Shown one piece after another: positions 12,874 to 26,605 of a stretch of DNA of 64,000 nucleotides. The stretch spans positions 14,198,001-14,262,000 of the forward strand of contig OX597837.1 of the NCBI GenBank assembly GCA_951406725.2, in the 5' to 3' direction. The position numbers and the translations under genes were made by a program. The first letter of the stretch is position 1. Each line of letters starts with the position of its first letter. The notes below the pieces were generated by a model. The model was given only the letters and a program-made list of their open reading frames with translations. It did not search any database and was not told the origin of the DNA. The DNA comes from Octopus vulgaris. Lineage: Eukaryota.

Positions 12874-13145
12874 AAAAGAGCCTTCGGTTCTAATCCAGAA
12901 ACGATTTGTCTATAATCAATCCATAGGCTGGGATTTCGTTATTTTCTTTCTTTTTACCATATACGGGTTACAAATTCTGTTTGTTTGTGGAGACTTTTAT
13001 TAGTAGGAGAAATAGTGATCAATTTGGCTGCTATTTCTAATATTTTCGGTATGTGGTTTTGAGCAACTTGTTGCAATTAACCCTTTATTATAATTAATAT
13101 ATATATATATATATATATACGTATGCATGCATGTATGTATGTATG

Positions 13146-13236
<91 letters not shown>

Positions 13237-13418
13237 ATCATATACTTTTATCATTTACTTGTTTCAATGATTAGAGTGCGGTCGTGTTGGGGCACCGCCT
13301 GCAATAATTTTTAGTCAAATGAATCGCCCCACCCCCCAGTACTTTTTTTTTTATTAAAACCTGGCATTTATTCTATCGATCTCTTTTGCCGAACCAATAA
13401 CGGTTGTCAAATAGTGGG

Positions 13419-13466
<48 letters not shown>

Positions 13467-14136
13467 TTCGTCTACCAAATCCCAAGATTTTTACCAGCAG
13501 CTCGAGGCTACGGAAAAGGTTACTTGCTCATTGTTCTGCGCAGTGAAACTGAATTCAGAAACACGAGCAGCCTCCGACTATTTCTAACCAACGGGGGTTT
13601 TTCAACCCAAAATTTTCATGCTATTATTCATAGCTTTATGTGCTTCGAGATCCACCGTTCCAAAAGTGAATAATTCCATTTTCTCTCCAATGTTTACAAA
13701 ACATTTTCATGACGTCATCAGTACACACACACACATATATATACAGAGATATAGATATGGATATAGATGTAGATACACACACACACTTACACACGTGTAT
13801 ACACAAACACACACACATATGAAAATTGTATTCCTCGTGTGACAATAAGAAATGCGTTGTTACTGAATAAACAATGAGATGAGCGCAAAGTGGGATGAAA
13901 CGGATGAAAGAAGGTCGCTGTTATTGAGTCATAATATGTTTATTGTTGTTGTCGCTCGTCCGATGAGGATGCAACGGCGGGATGACGTTTTCTGCTCTTT
14001 GTAGGAGTTTGATTGGACAGAATGTTTTTTTTTGGTAACATGTCAATGAGAGAGACAAAAACAAAAAGAAAAAAGAAAAAAAGACACATTACATGCATAT
14101 GTGTATTTCTCTCTCCTTCTCTTTCACTTTTCTTCT

Positions 14137-14175
<39 letters not shown>

Positions 14176-14267
14176 GGCCCGGGGCTATAGTAAGAGTTAC
14201 TTGGCCAAAGTGTGACTGAATCATTTTGAAGCAAGCAACATACCATCACATATACCAGCGCATATAT

Positions 14268-14678
14268 TGGCTGTGTGGTAAGTAGCTTGCTAACCAACCA
14301 CATGGTTCCGAGTTCAGTCCCATTGCGTGGCATCTTACGCAAGTGTCTTCTGCTATAGCCCCGGGCCGACCAATGCCTTGTGAGTGGATTTGGTAGACGG
14401 AAACTGAAAGAAGCCTGTCGTATATATGTATACATATATATAAGTGTGTGTGTATATGTTTGTGTGTCTGTGTTTGTCCCCCTAGCATTGCTTGACAACC
14501 GATGCTGGTGTGTTTACGTCCCTGTCACTTAGCGGTTCGGCAAAAGAGACCGATAGAATAAGTACTGGGCTTACAAAGAATAAGTCCCGGGGTCAATTTG
14601 CTCGACTAAAAAGCGGTGCTCCAGCATGGCCGCAGTCAAATGACTGAAACAAGTAAAAGAGTAAAAGAGTAAAAGAGT
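14268..14678 (+). mobile_element. SINE family A
   Basis: Near-identical to 4163-4615. Confidence 0.9.
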
Positions 14679-14712
14679 ATATATATATATATATACATAA
14701 TATACATGTATG

Positions 14713-14746
<34 letters not shown>

Positions 14747-15608
14747 TGTATGTATGTATGTATGTATGTACGTATGTATGTATGTATGTGAGTTTGTGTG
14801 TGTGTGTACGTTCCTCCTCCACCGCTTGATAAGCAGTGCTGGTATTTTATGTCCCCGTAACCTAGCGCTTTGACAAAAAAGACCGATAGAACAAGTACAA
14901 AATTTGAAAAAAATAAACTAAATACTGGGGCCGAAACATTCGACTAAAACCTCTTCAAGGCGGTGCCCCAGCATGGCCGCACTTTAATGAATGCAACAAA
15001 TGAAAAAGGGGTCACAATCAGTGCAGTCAGATCTTAATTAAAATGCTGCTGGATTTGCGTTTTTCGCGTCAGCGTTGCTATGGTGATGGTCTGTGAAGCT
15101 CGGTATTTATTTTCTCTTGTCAGTGACTTTGCGTTGTCCTTGGACTTTCGTTTGATGTCAAAAATACATATTTAGGAAGAAAAAAAAACGGTTTGTGTGA
15201 ATAAAATGATTAATGTGAAAACGGAAATTGTTAACATTGCTGATAAATTGTTTGTTTTTAAGTCATTGGACAGCGGTCAAGCTGGGACAGAGCCTTGTAG
15301 AATAGTGTATAGTCGAACACATCGACCTCAGTACTCTTCTATCGAAAAACTATGTTACGGAGACGTAAGCAAACTCACACCGGTTTATCAAATGGAATAA
15401 TAGTTAGGTGAGGAGGGAGCTAACACAAATACATTCGCACAAAAATATACGCGAGTGGCTGTGTGGTAAGTAGCTTGCTTACCAACCATATGGTCCAGGG
15501 TTCAGTCCCACTGCGTGGTACCTTGGACAAGTGTCTTCTACTATAGACTCGGGCCGACCAAAACCTTGTGTGTGGATTTGGTACACGGAAACTGAAAGAA
15601 GTCCGTCT

Positions 15609-15653
<45 letters not shown>

Positions 15654-15861
15654 TTGTGTAACTGTGTTTATTTATTTATTTATTTATTTAAACAGTTCAG
15701 ATAATAAATAAATGCATGTGTAAAGTACTAGTAATTTCTAGAATAGTACTTTACACTTGTATTTATATATATATTGTCTGAACTGCATAAAATAAATAGA
15801 CATAATATAATGTCTAACAGCTGATGAATACTACCTCTGGATTCCCTCCATTTCCTTCTTG

Positions 15862-15988
<127 letters not shown>

Positions 15989-16493
15989 TTCAAATTTGGT
16001 CTTCAAATTCTTCTAACCATGCAGGTGTTATAATTCGAGGTGTGTCCAAAGGTGTTGTGCAAGAAGTGCAGGGTGATGTCTCTGCTGTTCTTTTGCACCC
16101 AAATAAAAAAACCTCCACCAATCACGTTCCCTCTGAGGCAACATAACCCACACAGCTAACACTTCCTTTTCCTTATATTAATCATGGCTTCTAATAGTTA
16201 ATTCGAGACATAATAGGCAGGTGAAGGTGGTGATGATGGTCGTGGTGGTTGTGGTGGTCATCGTCATCGTCGTGGTGGTGTGGGCGGTGGTGATGGTGAC
16301 GGAGAAATTTAATCAGTTGTTTAATGATTTACGTTGAACAGGTGATAAGTGGCCAGCGTTACCTGACATTACTTATCAAGTCGTATCTGCCACAAATACA
16401 GCCACAACCACAACCACCATCACCACCACCAACAACAACAACAAAAACGTAGCGCTGATGGTTGTTGTGGTTTGTGTTTGTGCGTGCATGTGT

Positions 16494-16524
<31 letters not shown>

Positions 16525-17550
16525 AGAAATGACTGTAAAAAAGGATATATCAATCACCAGTCTTATTTTCATCGTGAACACAAGAAAGAAACCTTTAAGC
16601 TAACTAGCTATAAATCGGACGAGAAGGCCAAAAATGCCGCCCACACCACCAAGTGGAGCATTGTTGAGCGAACAGCGCTAAAGAGGTGCAGGTTTTCTAT
16701 AACTGAAAGAATTCATCTCCTCTAGCGACCAATTGAACTCGAGATCGGAGATTTCACAAAAGGCAAACATCTCGATAAGTTTCTACTGCCGAACTCGAGA
16801 TCGTCCCAACTCAGGATTAGCTAGTCTCACAAACATAACCATTCGTTAATCATTGTTAATCAGCTTTCTAACGGATCAAAAAAAACACAGCTCATATCTT
16901 TCTTCCCTCTAAAGATTTTTCACTCGTTTTTGTCTTCTTTACCCGTTTCTTTACCGTTTCGACAGGTAAAGGAGACAATTCATTACATGTTTCTGTCATA
17001 TTAAACCTCTTTAGCCAAGCGTCTCAGTCAATATCTGAAAGCTGTAAACCTGGCAAAGTAAATATTGAAGTAACACGAACTCACCTCACCTCACCTAACA
17101 GACCATATTCACCACACCTCATCACACAATACCACACCGCATCCAACGCGTCGGTTTCTAAACCAGTTCAAACCAAAGTGGTCACACCATCTGCTAGAAA
17201 AAGCAACCAAATCTCTCAAGACTTACATTGTACTTTCTTTGATAAAATACAAATCCCCCCCAAAATTTTGGGTAATGGTCATGGCTGGAATGATTTTGAT
17301 CATGTCTCTTTTACCAGAGCTGACCCAGGGTTAAACAGCAGCAACAACAATAACAACAATCTATTTGTCCTGCTAGATATAGCTGTCAAATTTCATTCGA
17401 GACAAGTCTTATATGTTTTTTAAAGGGACATATTGAAAAATATATCTTCTATGTATTGTTTGCAAACAAGACGATGTGGTCATGTCTAGAACGCTAGAAC
17501 ACTAATCATATGGTCACAACAGATCTGAGGGGGAACAAAGGTGACTAAAG

Positions 17551-17584
<34 letters not shown>

Positions 17585-17850
17585 GCCGTCGTCGCCGTAG
17601 TAGTATTAGTAGTAGTCTGAAGTACAAACCTACAGGATCAGTCATTCATGTTAATTAGCAACGCTTCATTGATTAAACAGCTGCTTGCTTATGAAGAGGG
17701 GAAGAGTAAGAGGGGAGGGAGGGTTGCTACTGCAGGACACACAAGACCAGGGAATCAGTCATAAAGGGAAATAAATCAGAGATACGGCATGATCTATGTG
17801 TGTGCGTGCGTGTGTGAATGTACGTGGGAGAATATATACACTTTTCTCGC

Positions 17851-18244
17851 TTTTACTTGTTTCAGTCATTTGACTGCGGCCATGCTGGAGCACCGCCTTT
17901 AATCGAGCAACTCGACCCCGGGACTTATTCTTTTGTAAGCCCAGTACTTATTCTGTCGGTCTCTTTTGCCGAACCGCTAAGTAACGGGGACATAAACACA
18001 CCAGCATCGGTTGTCAAGCAATGCTAGGGGGAGAAACACAGACACACAAACATACACACACACATATATATATATGTATACATATATACGACAGGGTTCT
18101 TTCAGTTTCCGTCTACCAAATCCACCCACAAGGCTTTGGTCGGCCCGAGGCTATAGTAGAAGACGCTTGCTCAAGGTGTCACGCAGTGGGACTGAACCCG
18201 GAACCATGTGGTTGGTAAGCAAGCTACCCACCACACAGCCACTA
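17851..18244 (-). mobile_element. SINE family A
   Basis: Reverse complement of family A. Confidence 0.9.
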
Positions 18245-18430
18245 TCTATATTCTTTTAACTTTTACTTGTTTCTGTCATTTGACTGCGGTAATGCTGGAG
18301 CAACATTTTGAAGAATTTTTAATCACATGAATTGCTCAATATGTTTTTTCTTTAAGCCTGGTATTTCTTCTATCGCTCTCTTTTGCCGAACCGCTACCTT
18401 ACGCTGAAGTATTATATATATATATATATG

Positions 18431-18641
18431 TCTTAGAAAAACAAGTAAGGAGTCGATATCCTCCACTATCATCACTACAAGAACTGGAGACTGTTTTAGC
18501 CGAAGAATGGACAAAAATTCCTTGTAAAACAATTCAAACTTTGTAATAGTAGAATTCAAGCTGTAATTACTGCCAAAGGCGGTTCCCCCCCAAATTAAAA
18601 TGAATTTGTTTGAAATTTTAAGATGTTGCCATTATTTTGTC
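18431..18641 (+). pseudogene. Tc1-like transposase C-terminal fragment
   Basis: LEKQVRSRYPPLSSLQELETVLAEEWTKIP..TIQTL...SRIQAVITAKGG matches the Tc1 C-terminal pattern (L.EEW..I...L..SM..R..AVI.AKG). Confidence 0.75.
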
Positions 18642-18912
18642 ATAAATGACAGAGAAATAGTTTCATGAAATTTTATTTAACAATAAAAAACAATCCTAAT
18701 GTCACAACAAATTGTTTCGTAACTTAAAGACAAGTAAATAATTTTTATTATTATATTTACTAATAAATTGCCTACATGTCAGCATTAATGCAAAATGCAA
18801 AAGATCTCTCAAAACAACGCAGAATTTAAGCCACGTTCTCAGTCAACAAATCGAAATCGAAAGCACGAAACTAAGCGCGCGGTATATATATATATACATA
18901 CACATATATACA

Positions 18913-18998
<86 letters not shown>

Positions 18999-19088
18999 AT
19001 ATGTATACATACCTATATCTCCTTCTACCTGTCCCCCTCTCTCTCTTTCTTCCACCCCTCTCTATCTCTCTCACTCTCTCTCTATATA

Positions 19089-19119
<31 letters not shown>

Positions 19120-19178
19120 AGGTGTATGTGAAACGAAGAAGGGCACTATAGACACATACAGAAACAGACACGACCAAA

Positions 19179-19210
<32 letters not shown>

Positions 19211-19514
19211 TTACTAATAATAATAATAATAATGATGATAATAATAATAAATAATGAATATACAGAGGTAATAAATCCTGGAAAACAAAGAAAGGAAAAT
19301 TATGAGATGGTGGGTGGGTGGGAAGGGAGAGGGGGTGGGGTGGGAGAGGAAAAGAGGAAATAATAGAAAAAAGATAAAAATAGAGCAAAACACTGGGAAT
19401 GGAAACAGACATCTACCCACCCCCACCCCCATCCCATTCCAGTCATATAACCCACCCACCCACCCACCCAAACGCTTACATTTGCATACGTCTTTCTCCG
19501 TCTCTCTCTCTCTT

Positions 19515-19574
19515 TCTATCTACCTCTCTAACTGTCTATCTATCTATCAGTCTATCTATCTGCACCCCTCTCTC

Positions 19575-19656
<82 letters not shown>

Positions 19657-19657
19657 G

Positions 19658-19750
<93 letters not shown>

Positions 19751-19785
19751 ATGTCTGTCTGTCTGTCTGTCTATCTACCTATCTG
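19515..19785. repeat. (TATC)n/(TGTC)n microsatellite
   Basis: Directly visible. Confidence 0.95.
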
Positions 19786-19825
19786 TATCCTTAGAGACAC
19801 ACAAAAAAGAAAGAAGAAAGTAAAG

Positions 19826-19869
19826 GACCACTGACGAGGCCACAGAAGTGTGACGAAAGAACTCTGGCC
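19826..19869 (+). ncRNA. Degenerate minimal type I hammerhead ribozyme motif
   Basis: GACCA CTGACGA G(GC)CAC-AGAA-GTG(TGA)C GAAA GAAC TC TGGCC. The core boxes are canonical, stem I is CCA/TGG, and stems II and III are imperfect. Confidence 0.55.
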
Positions 19870-20380
19870 AAAATACAATTAATATAAAATAAAACTGAAG
19901 CAAGTGGACACCAAATATATAGTGCGTGTGTTTTATTGACTAAACCGGCAACATGACCCTACCCAAATACAGCAAATCATATGTATATATATATATATAT
20001 ATATACATATACCTATATTCGTGTATGCATGTATATATTTGCTAATGTGTCTTTGTGTGTGTGCGTGAATATCTACGTGCATGTATATGTGTATGTGTGT
20101 ATGTATGTGTGAGTGTTAGTGTCGTCAGTGCGTCTGTTGTATGTTGATGTATGTGTTTGGGTGTGCAACGTTCAAATGCCTTTTTTCTGTCGGTGTATGC
20201 GAGCACCTGCTAGTGTGCTCCAGCATGGCCGCCGTTTACGAATGAAACCGCCGAAAGAATAAAAGAACGAAGAATCTGTATTTGAGAGTATATACGCATA
20301 TCTATCTACCTATCTATCCATTTATGTGTGTACGTGTATATATGTATGTGTGCGTATACACAACACACACACACACACAC

Positions 20381-20454
<74 letters not shown>

Positions 20455-20566
20455 GGGTAAAATTAATTAATTATTTAATTATTAACTAATAATTTTACCA
20501 AGTAGTGTTCAGTATGATTAGGGTTCGATTTTTTTTACTGAACCCTAATTATATAACGTAATGTTT

Positions 20567-20654
<88 letters not shown>

Positions 20655-21459
20655 TATGTGTGTATATATATATCAATATATATATAAATATACGTCTATG
20701 TGTGTGTGTGTATATATATATATATAAATATATGTCTATGCGTGTATATATATATCTAAATATATATAAATATACGTCTATGTGTGTGTCTGTGTATAGA
20801 TATATATATATATATATATGTATAATATATATATATATGTGTATATATAAATACATATATATTTGTGCGTTATATGTATATATATATATGTGTATATATG
20901 TGTGTGTGTGTGTGTGTGTTATGCCATGTGTGTGTATCCATTCGGATATCCATCTATATAATGTGTGTGTGTGTGAATAAATGCGGGTGGCTGCACGTAC
21001 AGGAGTATGTTAGACCAACGAAGTTAGCCCCCTCCCCCTGTTGGAGGGGTAGTTGGAGGAGAAGAGCTCAATCAACAAAGATTTTAGAGTAAATATAGTT
21101 ACCATGGTTACTGTGTGGTACCTGGGTGTTGTAGGAGCGGGGTGGGGCAATGGGAAAGTGGCTATTATTTTCCTCCGTGTCTATATTTCATACTCTTTTC
21201 ATGTCACCCATGTGATTAATAACTTTTGTACATATGTCGCTGCTGTGTGCCACCGAACGCCACACACGAACATATAGACTTACGCATACACACACACACA
21301 GAGACCCACCCAAGCGCGCACGTGCTACGACAATCATCGCCTTTATGCGTTAGTGTAAATAATGTGTACAAATACACATATATTGTATGCATATATGCGT
21401 ATGTGTGTGTATATGTTTTACAGAGTAAGTTTCTTACATACATACATACATACATATAG

Positions 21460-21491
<32 letters not shown>

Positions 21492-21598
21492 TTAATAATA
21501 ATAATAATAATAATAATTATTATTATTATTATTATAATTAACTATATACATACTCACTCAAACACATACATACAGAGAAATGTATGTATGTATGTATG

Positions 21599-21630
<32 letters not shown>

Positions 21631-21690
21631 TATACGTATGTATGTATGTATGTATACATGCATGTATGTATGTATGTATGTATGTATATG

Positions 21691-21747
<57 letters not shown>

Positions 21748-21845
21748 GTATGTATGTATGAATGTATGTAATGTATGTATGTATGTATGTATGTATGTAT
21801 GTATGTATGTATGTATGTATATATATATATGTATATATATATTTA

Positions 21846-21897
<52 letters not shown>

Positions 21898-21911
21898 TAT
21901 ATATACATATA

Positions 21912-22200
21912 TAAAGGGGTAAAGACTCCCTTCGGTCATGAATGACCAAGGGATTGCACCTAGAAAGTTACCCTCCCAGACACAAGTCCGGGCAAGGTTG
22001 TTTCATGGAAGACCAGCAGTCGCCCATGCATACCGGCCTCCTCTCTCCACGCCACCAGTGCTATCCAAGGGAAAGGCACAGCTTGGCCCCTGTGACGTCG
22101 CAACTCATTACTACAGCTGAGTGAACTGGAGCAACGTGAAATAAAGTGCCTTGCTCAAGAACGCAACATGCAGCCCGGTCCGGGATTCGACCTCACAGCC
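21912..22200 (-). mobile_element. SINE with family-B-like head region and a different 3' tail
   Basis: Shares ttcttgagcaaggcactttatttcacgttgctccagt with 1747 and 47399; the tail ends ...gtctttacccc. Confidence 0.65.
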
Positions 22201-22232
22201 TTGTATATATATATATATTATATATCTATCTA

Positions 22233-22306
<74 letters not shown>

Positions 22307-22308
<2 letters not shown>

Positions 22309-22704
22309 CTCTCTTTTACTCTTTTACTTGTTTCAGTCATTTGACTGCGGCCATGCTGGAGCACCGCTTTTAATCGAGCAACTCGACCCCGGGACTTATT
22401 CTTTTGTAACCCCAGTACTTATTCTATCGGTCTTTTTTGCTGAACCGCTAAGTGATGGGGACGTAAACACACCAGCGTCGGTTGTCAAGCAATGGTGGGG
22501 GGACAAAAACAGACACAAACATACACGCACACCCACACACATATATATATATATACATATATACGACGAGCTTCTTTCAGTTTCCGTCTACCAAATCCAC
22601 TCACAAGGCATTGGTCGACCCGGGGCTATAGCAGAAGACACTTGCCCAAGGTGCCACGCAGTGGGACTGAACCCGGAACCATGTGGTTGGTTAGCAAGCT
22701 GCTT

Positions 22705-22706
<2 letters not shown>
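22307..22706 (-). mobile_element. SINE family A
   Basis: Reverse complement of family A. Confidence 0.9.
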
Positions 22707-22763
<57 letters not shown>

Positions 22764-22914
22764 GTATATATATAAGTTTCGTGATGCAGACAGGAGAAAC
22801 AGAACTGAAAATATTAGTATATGTATATTTTAATTAGTATTTAGCAGAAGGAACAGAGTTACTCAAGGGCCCAGAGTTTCAAGCGTTTTATCTATCTATT
22901 TATCTGTCTATCTA

Positions 22915-22974
<60 letters not shown>

Positions 22975-24189
22975 ATACAACACAAACACATACACATACA
23001 CATGTACGTAAACGCACGCAAACACATTCACGTGCTTATCTCTATCGCCCAAACACTTGTCAAATTTTTATAGGCTCTTTCAATTCATTCCTCCTCGGCT
23101 TTTATTCCTCGGCTTGTATGTCCACTCATTTTTATCTGGTCCTGTGTATCAAGCCAACGAAAATATGACAATAAAGGTACCTTAGAAAAACCAGTTTTTC
23201 AACTACAAATCGCTATAACAATATTCTTTAGTTATCAAAGCTTTCCCAGCCTTTTCTGATCACGTCCTACAAACAGCACATACGCCGATCGCCATGACAG
23301 CCAAAATATTTCACCATCAGCTCCATTTTAAAGTTGGCGATATTGTTTAGCCTTAGGTCAGTCTCAGAGCAGCGTGATGTTTATGTTTAACTCCTGGTCA
23401 GCCTGGCATTGTTATTTAGCCTTGAGTAAGTCTAAGAATTGTTTGGCGTTGTAGTTTAGTCTCGGGTCAGCCTAACAAATGTTTAGGGTTGTTTTGTAGC
23501 CTCAGCTCAGTCTAAAAGGAATGACGGTTCTAGCCTGGATGGTCCCTGATAAATGTCGTCTAGATTAATAATGATCATGCAAATCGATGATCGAAGACAT
23601 TCTCGATATGATCGATCACCTCATCTTTTCACCGATATTTATGTCTCCGATTATAACAATTTGAGGGAGATTTTACTGCTATTTCCAGTCGCAGATAAAG
23701 TAATCGTGTAGAATTGTGCCACTTAAAAAAAAATGTGATGTCCAGTCGCAGCACAATAGCGATGTGAGCGATGGGACCGCAGGGGGTTATACTTTCGGAG
23801 GCGATGACACAGGAAGGATTGACTATCATTAAAACGTATAATGTTTAAAAATCAAACTATTTCTATAGAAAATATCCGAAGGGATCTAGCCCAGAAAAGA
23901 TCCTGCAATTTACGCTTCATGTTTGCAGGGGAGGGTTTCCATGGTCTGAGGGACGACACCATCAGTGCCAACCAACTCCAGTGACAACTCGAGCACTGTT
24001 CCTCTAGAACCTTGCAATGAGTAGAAATACAACATTTAATATCACTAATGTCCTTAGGAAACCTATTGCATTCGCAATTTTCCTTATCATTAACCAAATC
24101 ACTCATGGAACATCGCTTTGCAAGTATTGCTGCGAGAGCGGAGCTTTGAAGAAAAGTGATAAACGTTTCGTAGATGCGTTTTTGATATA

Positions 24190-24698
24190 GCTATGGTGAA
24201 GGCCATCACATCCCGTCTTTGTTTCGGTGTGGTGATTTGTGTACCTCAATGGCCCCGAGAGCTATGCCAGGGGAGTGCAAGCTCCTGTTAGGGCCTTCTA
24301 TGCTAGACATGTCAAGGACAGAAGTCAGGCTAATATAGGCCACCTCTTCCCAGAGGTAAAAAAAAATGGTTTGGCGAAGGGCCAGCATCCTTATCTACAG
24401 AAAACCAAAGTTATTGGAGCATCGACGACAATTCAAAATCGACAAGACCTGGAAAAGGAAGTCCTTCGCCCAGGGAAACATGTAACACTTCAGGTCCCGT
24501 TCTAAAACCCAAAAGAGAAGTGGAAGAGAGGACGGCCTAAAAAAACACACCCAAAAACTGGGTACGGGATACGGGGTAGAGCTGAAAAAGTAGGGAGCCA
24601 ACGGTAGAGAAGCAGGAAAGGCAGCTGACAGTCGGGAAAAGTGGAGAAAAGACATCAATGGCCTTTGCTCCAGTAGGGGCAAAGGGTTTAAGTAAGTA
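24190..24698 (+). mobile_element. Non-autonomous RTE-derived element (5'UTR-like part fused to 3' end)
   Basis: The 5' part contains gtgtacctcaatggccccgagagctatgcc...ggtttggcgaagggccagca. The 3' part encodes broken KWKRGRPK...ADSREKWRKDINGLCS and ends in a taagtaagta tail, typical of RTE LINE ends. Confidence 0.65.
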
Positions 24699-24919
24699 CG
24701 GAAAAGGATTCTGTTGCGTATCAGCTGGGTAGAAGATAGAACGAAAAGGTGAAACATCTGAGGAGAAAGGTCTGTTAACCCATATCAAGAAAGTGGGTAT
24801 ATCAAAGTATGGATACTGAAAAAGAGGGCGCCACCAACTAATAATGAAGGCCATTGAAGAAGTAAACTGAAATTGTTGCTGTGGTAGAACGAGCTGGATG
24901 GTTGACCTCATTCACTAGA

Positions 24920-25214
24920 CAGGGGATTCTCAAGTGGGGTCCATATAAGATTTTTGGTGGTCCGTGCAAGCGAAATAGCAAAATGGGGATCCGTTGTAGT
25001 TTTTAAGGGTTTGTGAAAAAACTTTGCATTAGACGTATTTATTGCAAGACACATCTCGGTTTGTTTCTTTAATATTTTACAGAGTTCAAACTACACAAGT
25101 AGTATCTATAAAACTAGTTTTTAAGCATCGAATGACTATGTTGGGGTCCACCAGAATAAAAAAAGTAATTAAGGACGTCGTCCATATTTAAAAAATGATT
25201 GACATCATCCCCTG
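24920..25214. mobile_element. Old hAT-type MITE
   Basis: Termini caggggattctcaa / ttgacatcatcccctg with subterminal ggggtcc motifs; the TSD is degenerate. Confidence 0.55.
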
Positions 25215-25904
25215 GACCCAGAGTTATTCTGACGTTTCTTCAGCATTTCAATTAATTATAAAATTAAAATTAAAATCGTGTAATGACTAATGAATCATCC
25301 TTTAAATTGCTTAAGTGTTAAGCTTAACATTTCTAACAAGGTATGATTTAAGCTATCCTATAACCTCAACTTCCACTTTTGCTGCCTTTACATTTCTCTC
25401 TCTCTCTCTCTCTCCCTCTCTCTCTCTCTTTCTTTCTCCTCTCTCCTTCTTCTCCTTCCACCATATTTCTTTCATATGCAAATACCCAGAGTTTTTTCTC
25501 ATCTCTGCACACACGTGAGTTTCTCATTGGTTTTCAGTTCACTACAAGACGCTTCCTTATTCAAATCACGTGTACTGCGATCGGAACTGCAACAAAACCC
25601 CCCTACACACACACACACACACACAACACCATGCACATACATGGACTGAATTTGTTTCTTTTTTCTTCTTATGTCAAAAATAAATGGCTTCAGACATTCA
25701 GTCTGCAGCTAAATAAATAAAGTATTTATGATTAAAAACAAGAATGTCCAGCATTATTTCACTCCCGCTTCTTCCCAGACATTTCTTCTACGTCACTCGA
25801 AAAATTCTAAATTTTAAGGAATTCATTTCATAATTAAAATTCTGAACAAAAGTTTACCTGTTCACTCTCCACCCGTTACACTCACCGTTCATTATAATGA
25901 AGGT

Positions 25905-26125
25905 GCAGGGTGGCGAGCTGGCAGAATCGTTAGCACACCCGGCGAAATGCTTAGCGGTACGTTCTGAGTTCAAATTCTGCCGAGGTCGACTTTGCCTTTC
26001 ATCATCTCGGGGTCGATTAAATAAGTACCAGTTACGCACTGAGGTCGATGTAATCGACTTAATCCATTTATCTGTCTTTGTTTGTCACCTTTGTTTAACC
26101 CCCTCCCTCTGTGGATAATAAAGAA
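25905..26125 (+). mobile_element. SINE family C
   Basis: ggcgagctggcagaatcgttagc head, B box gagttcaaattc, and the shared central domain. Confidence 0.8.
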
Positions 26126-26573
26126 ATAAATATAAACTAGGTGTGTATGTATGTGTATGAGGTGAGTGTCTGTGTATGTATGAGGTGATCATGTGTGTGT
26201 GCGTGTGTGCGAGGTGCGTGTGTGTGTGTGATGAATGTGTGTACGTGTGAGAGTTGTGTGTATCTGTGTGTGCACGCGTGTGTGAAATGAGTGTATGTGT
26301 GTGCGGAGAGTGTGTATGGGTGTGAGGTATGTGTGAATGTGTGTGGTGTGTGTATGTATGTGTGTGTGTGTATGTGTGTGTGTGTGTGTGGTGAGGTGAG
26401 AGCAAGCATGGTTGTGCGGTTAGGAAGCTCGCTTTACAATCGTTTGGTTTCAGGTTCAGTTCCACTGCACAGCGCTTTAGACACGGGTCTTCTACTATAG
26501 CCCCGAGGCATTTAATGCCTTGCCAGTGAATATGGTTGAAGGAAACTATGTGGAAGCTTGTCGAATACATACA

Positions 26574-26605
<32 letters not shown>

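Noticed and set aside
22774-22890. Short insert between microsatellites with minus-strand cgcttGAAActctgggcc
   Set aside because: It is too truncated to support a ribozyme call; it may be another remnant of the same class.
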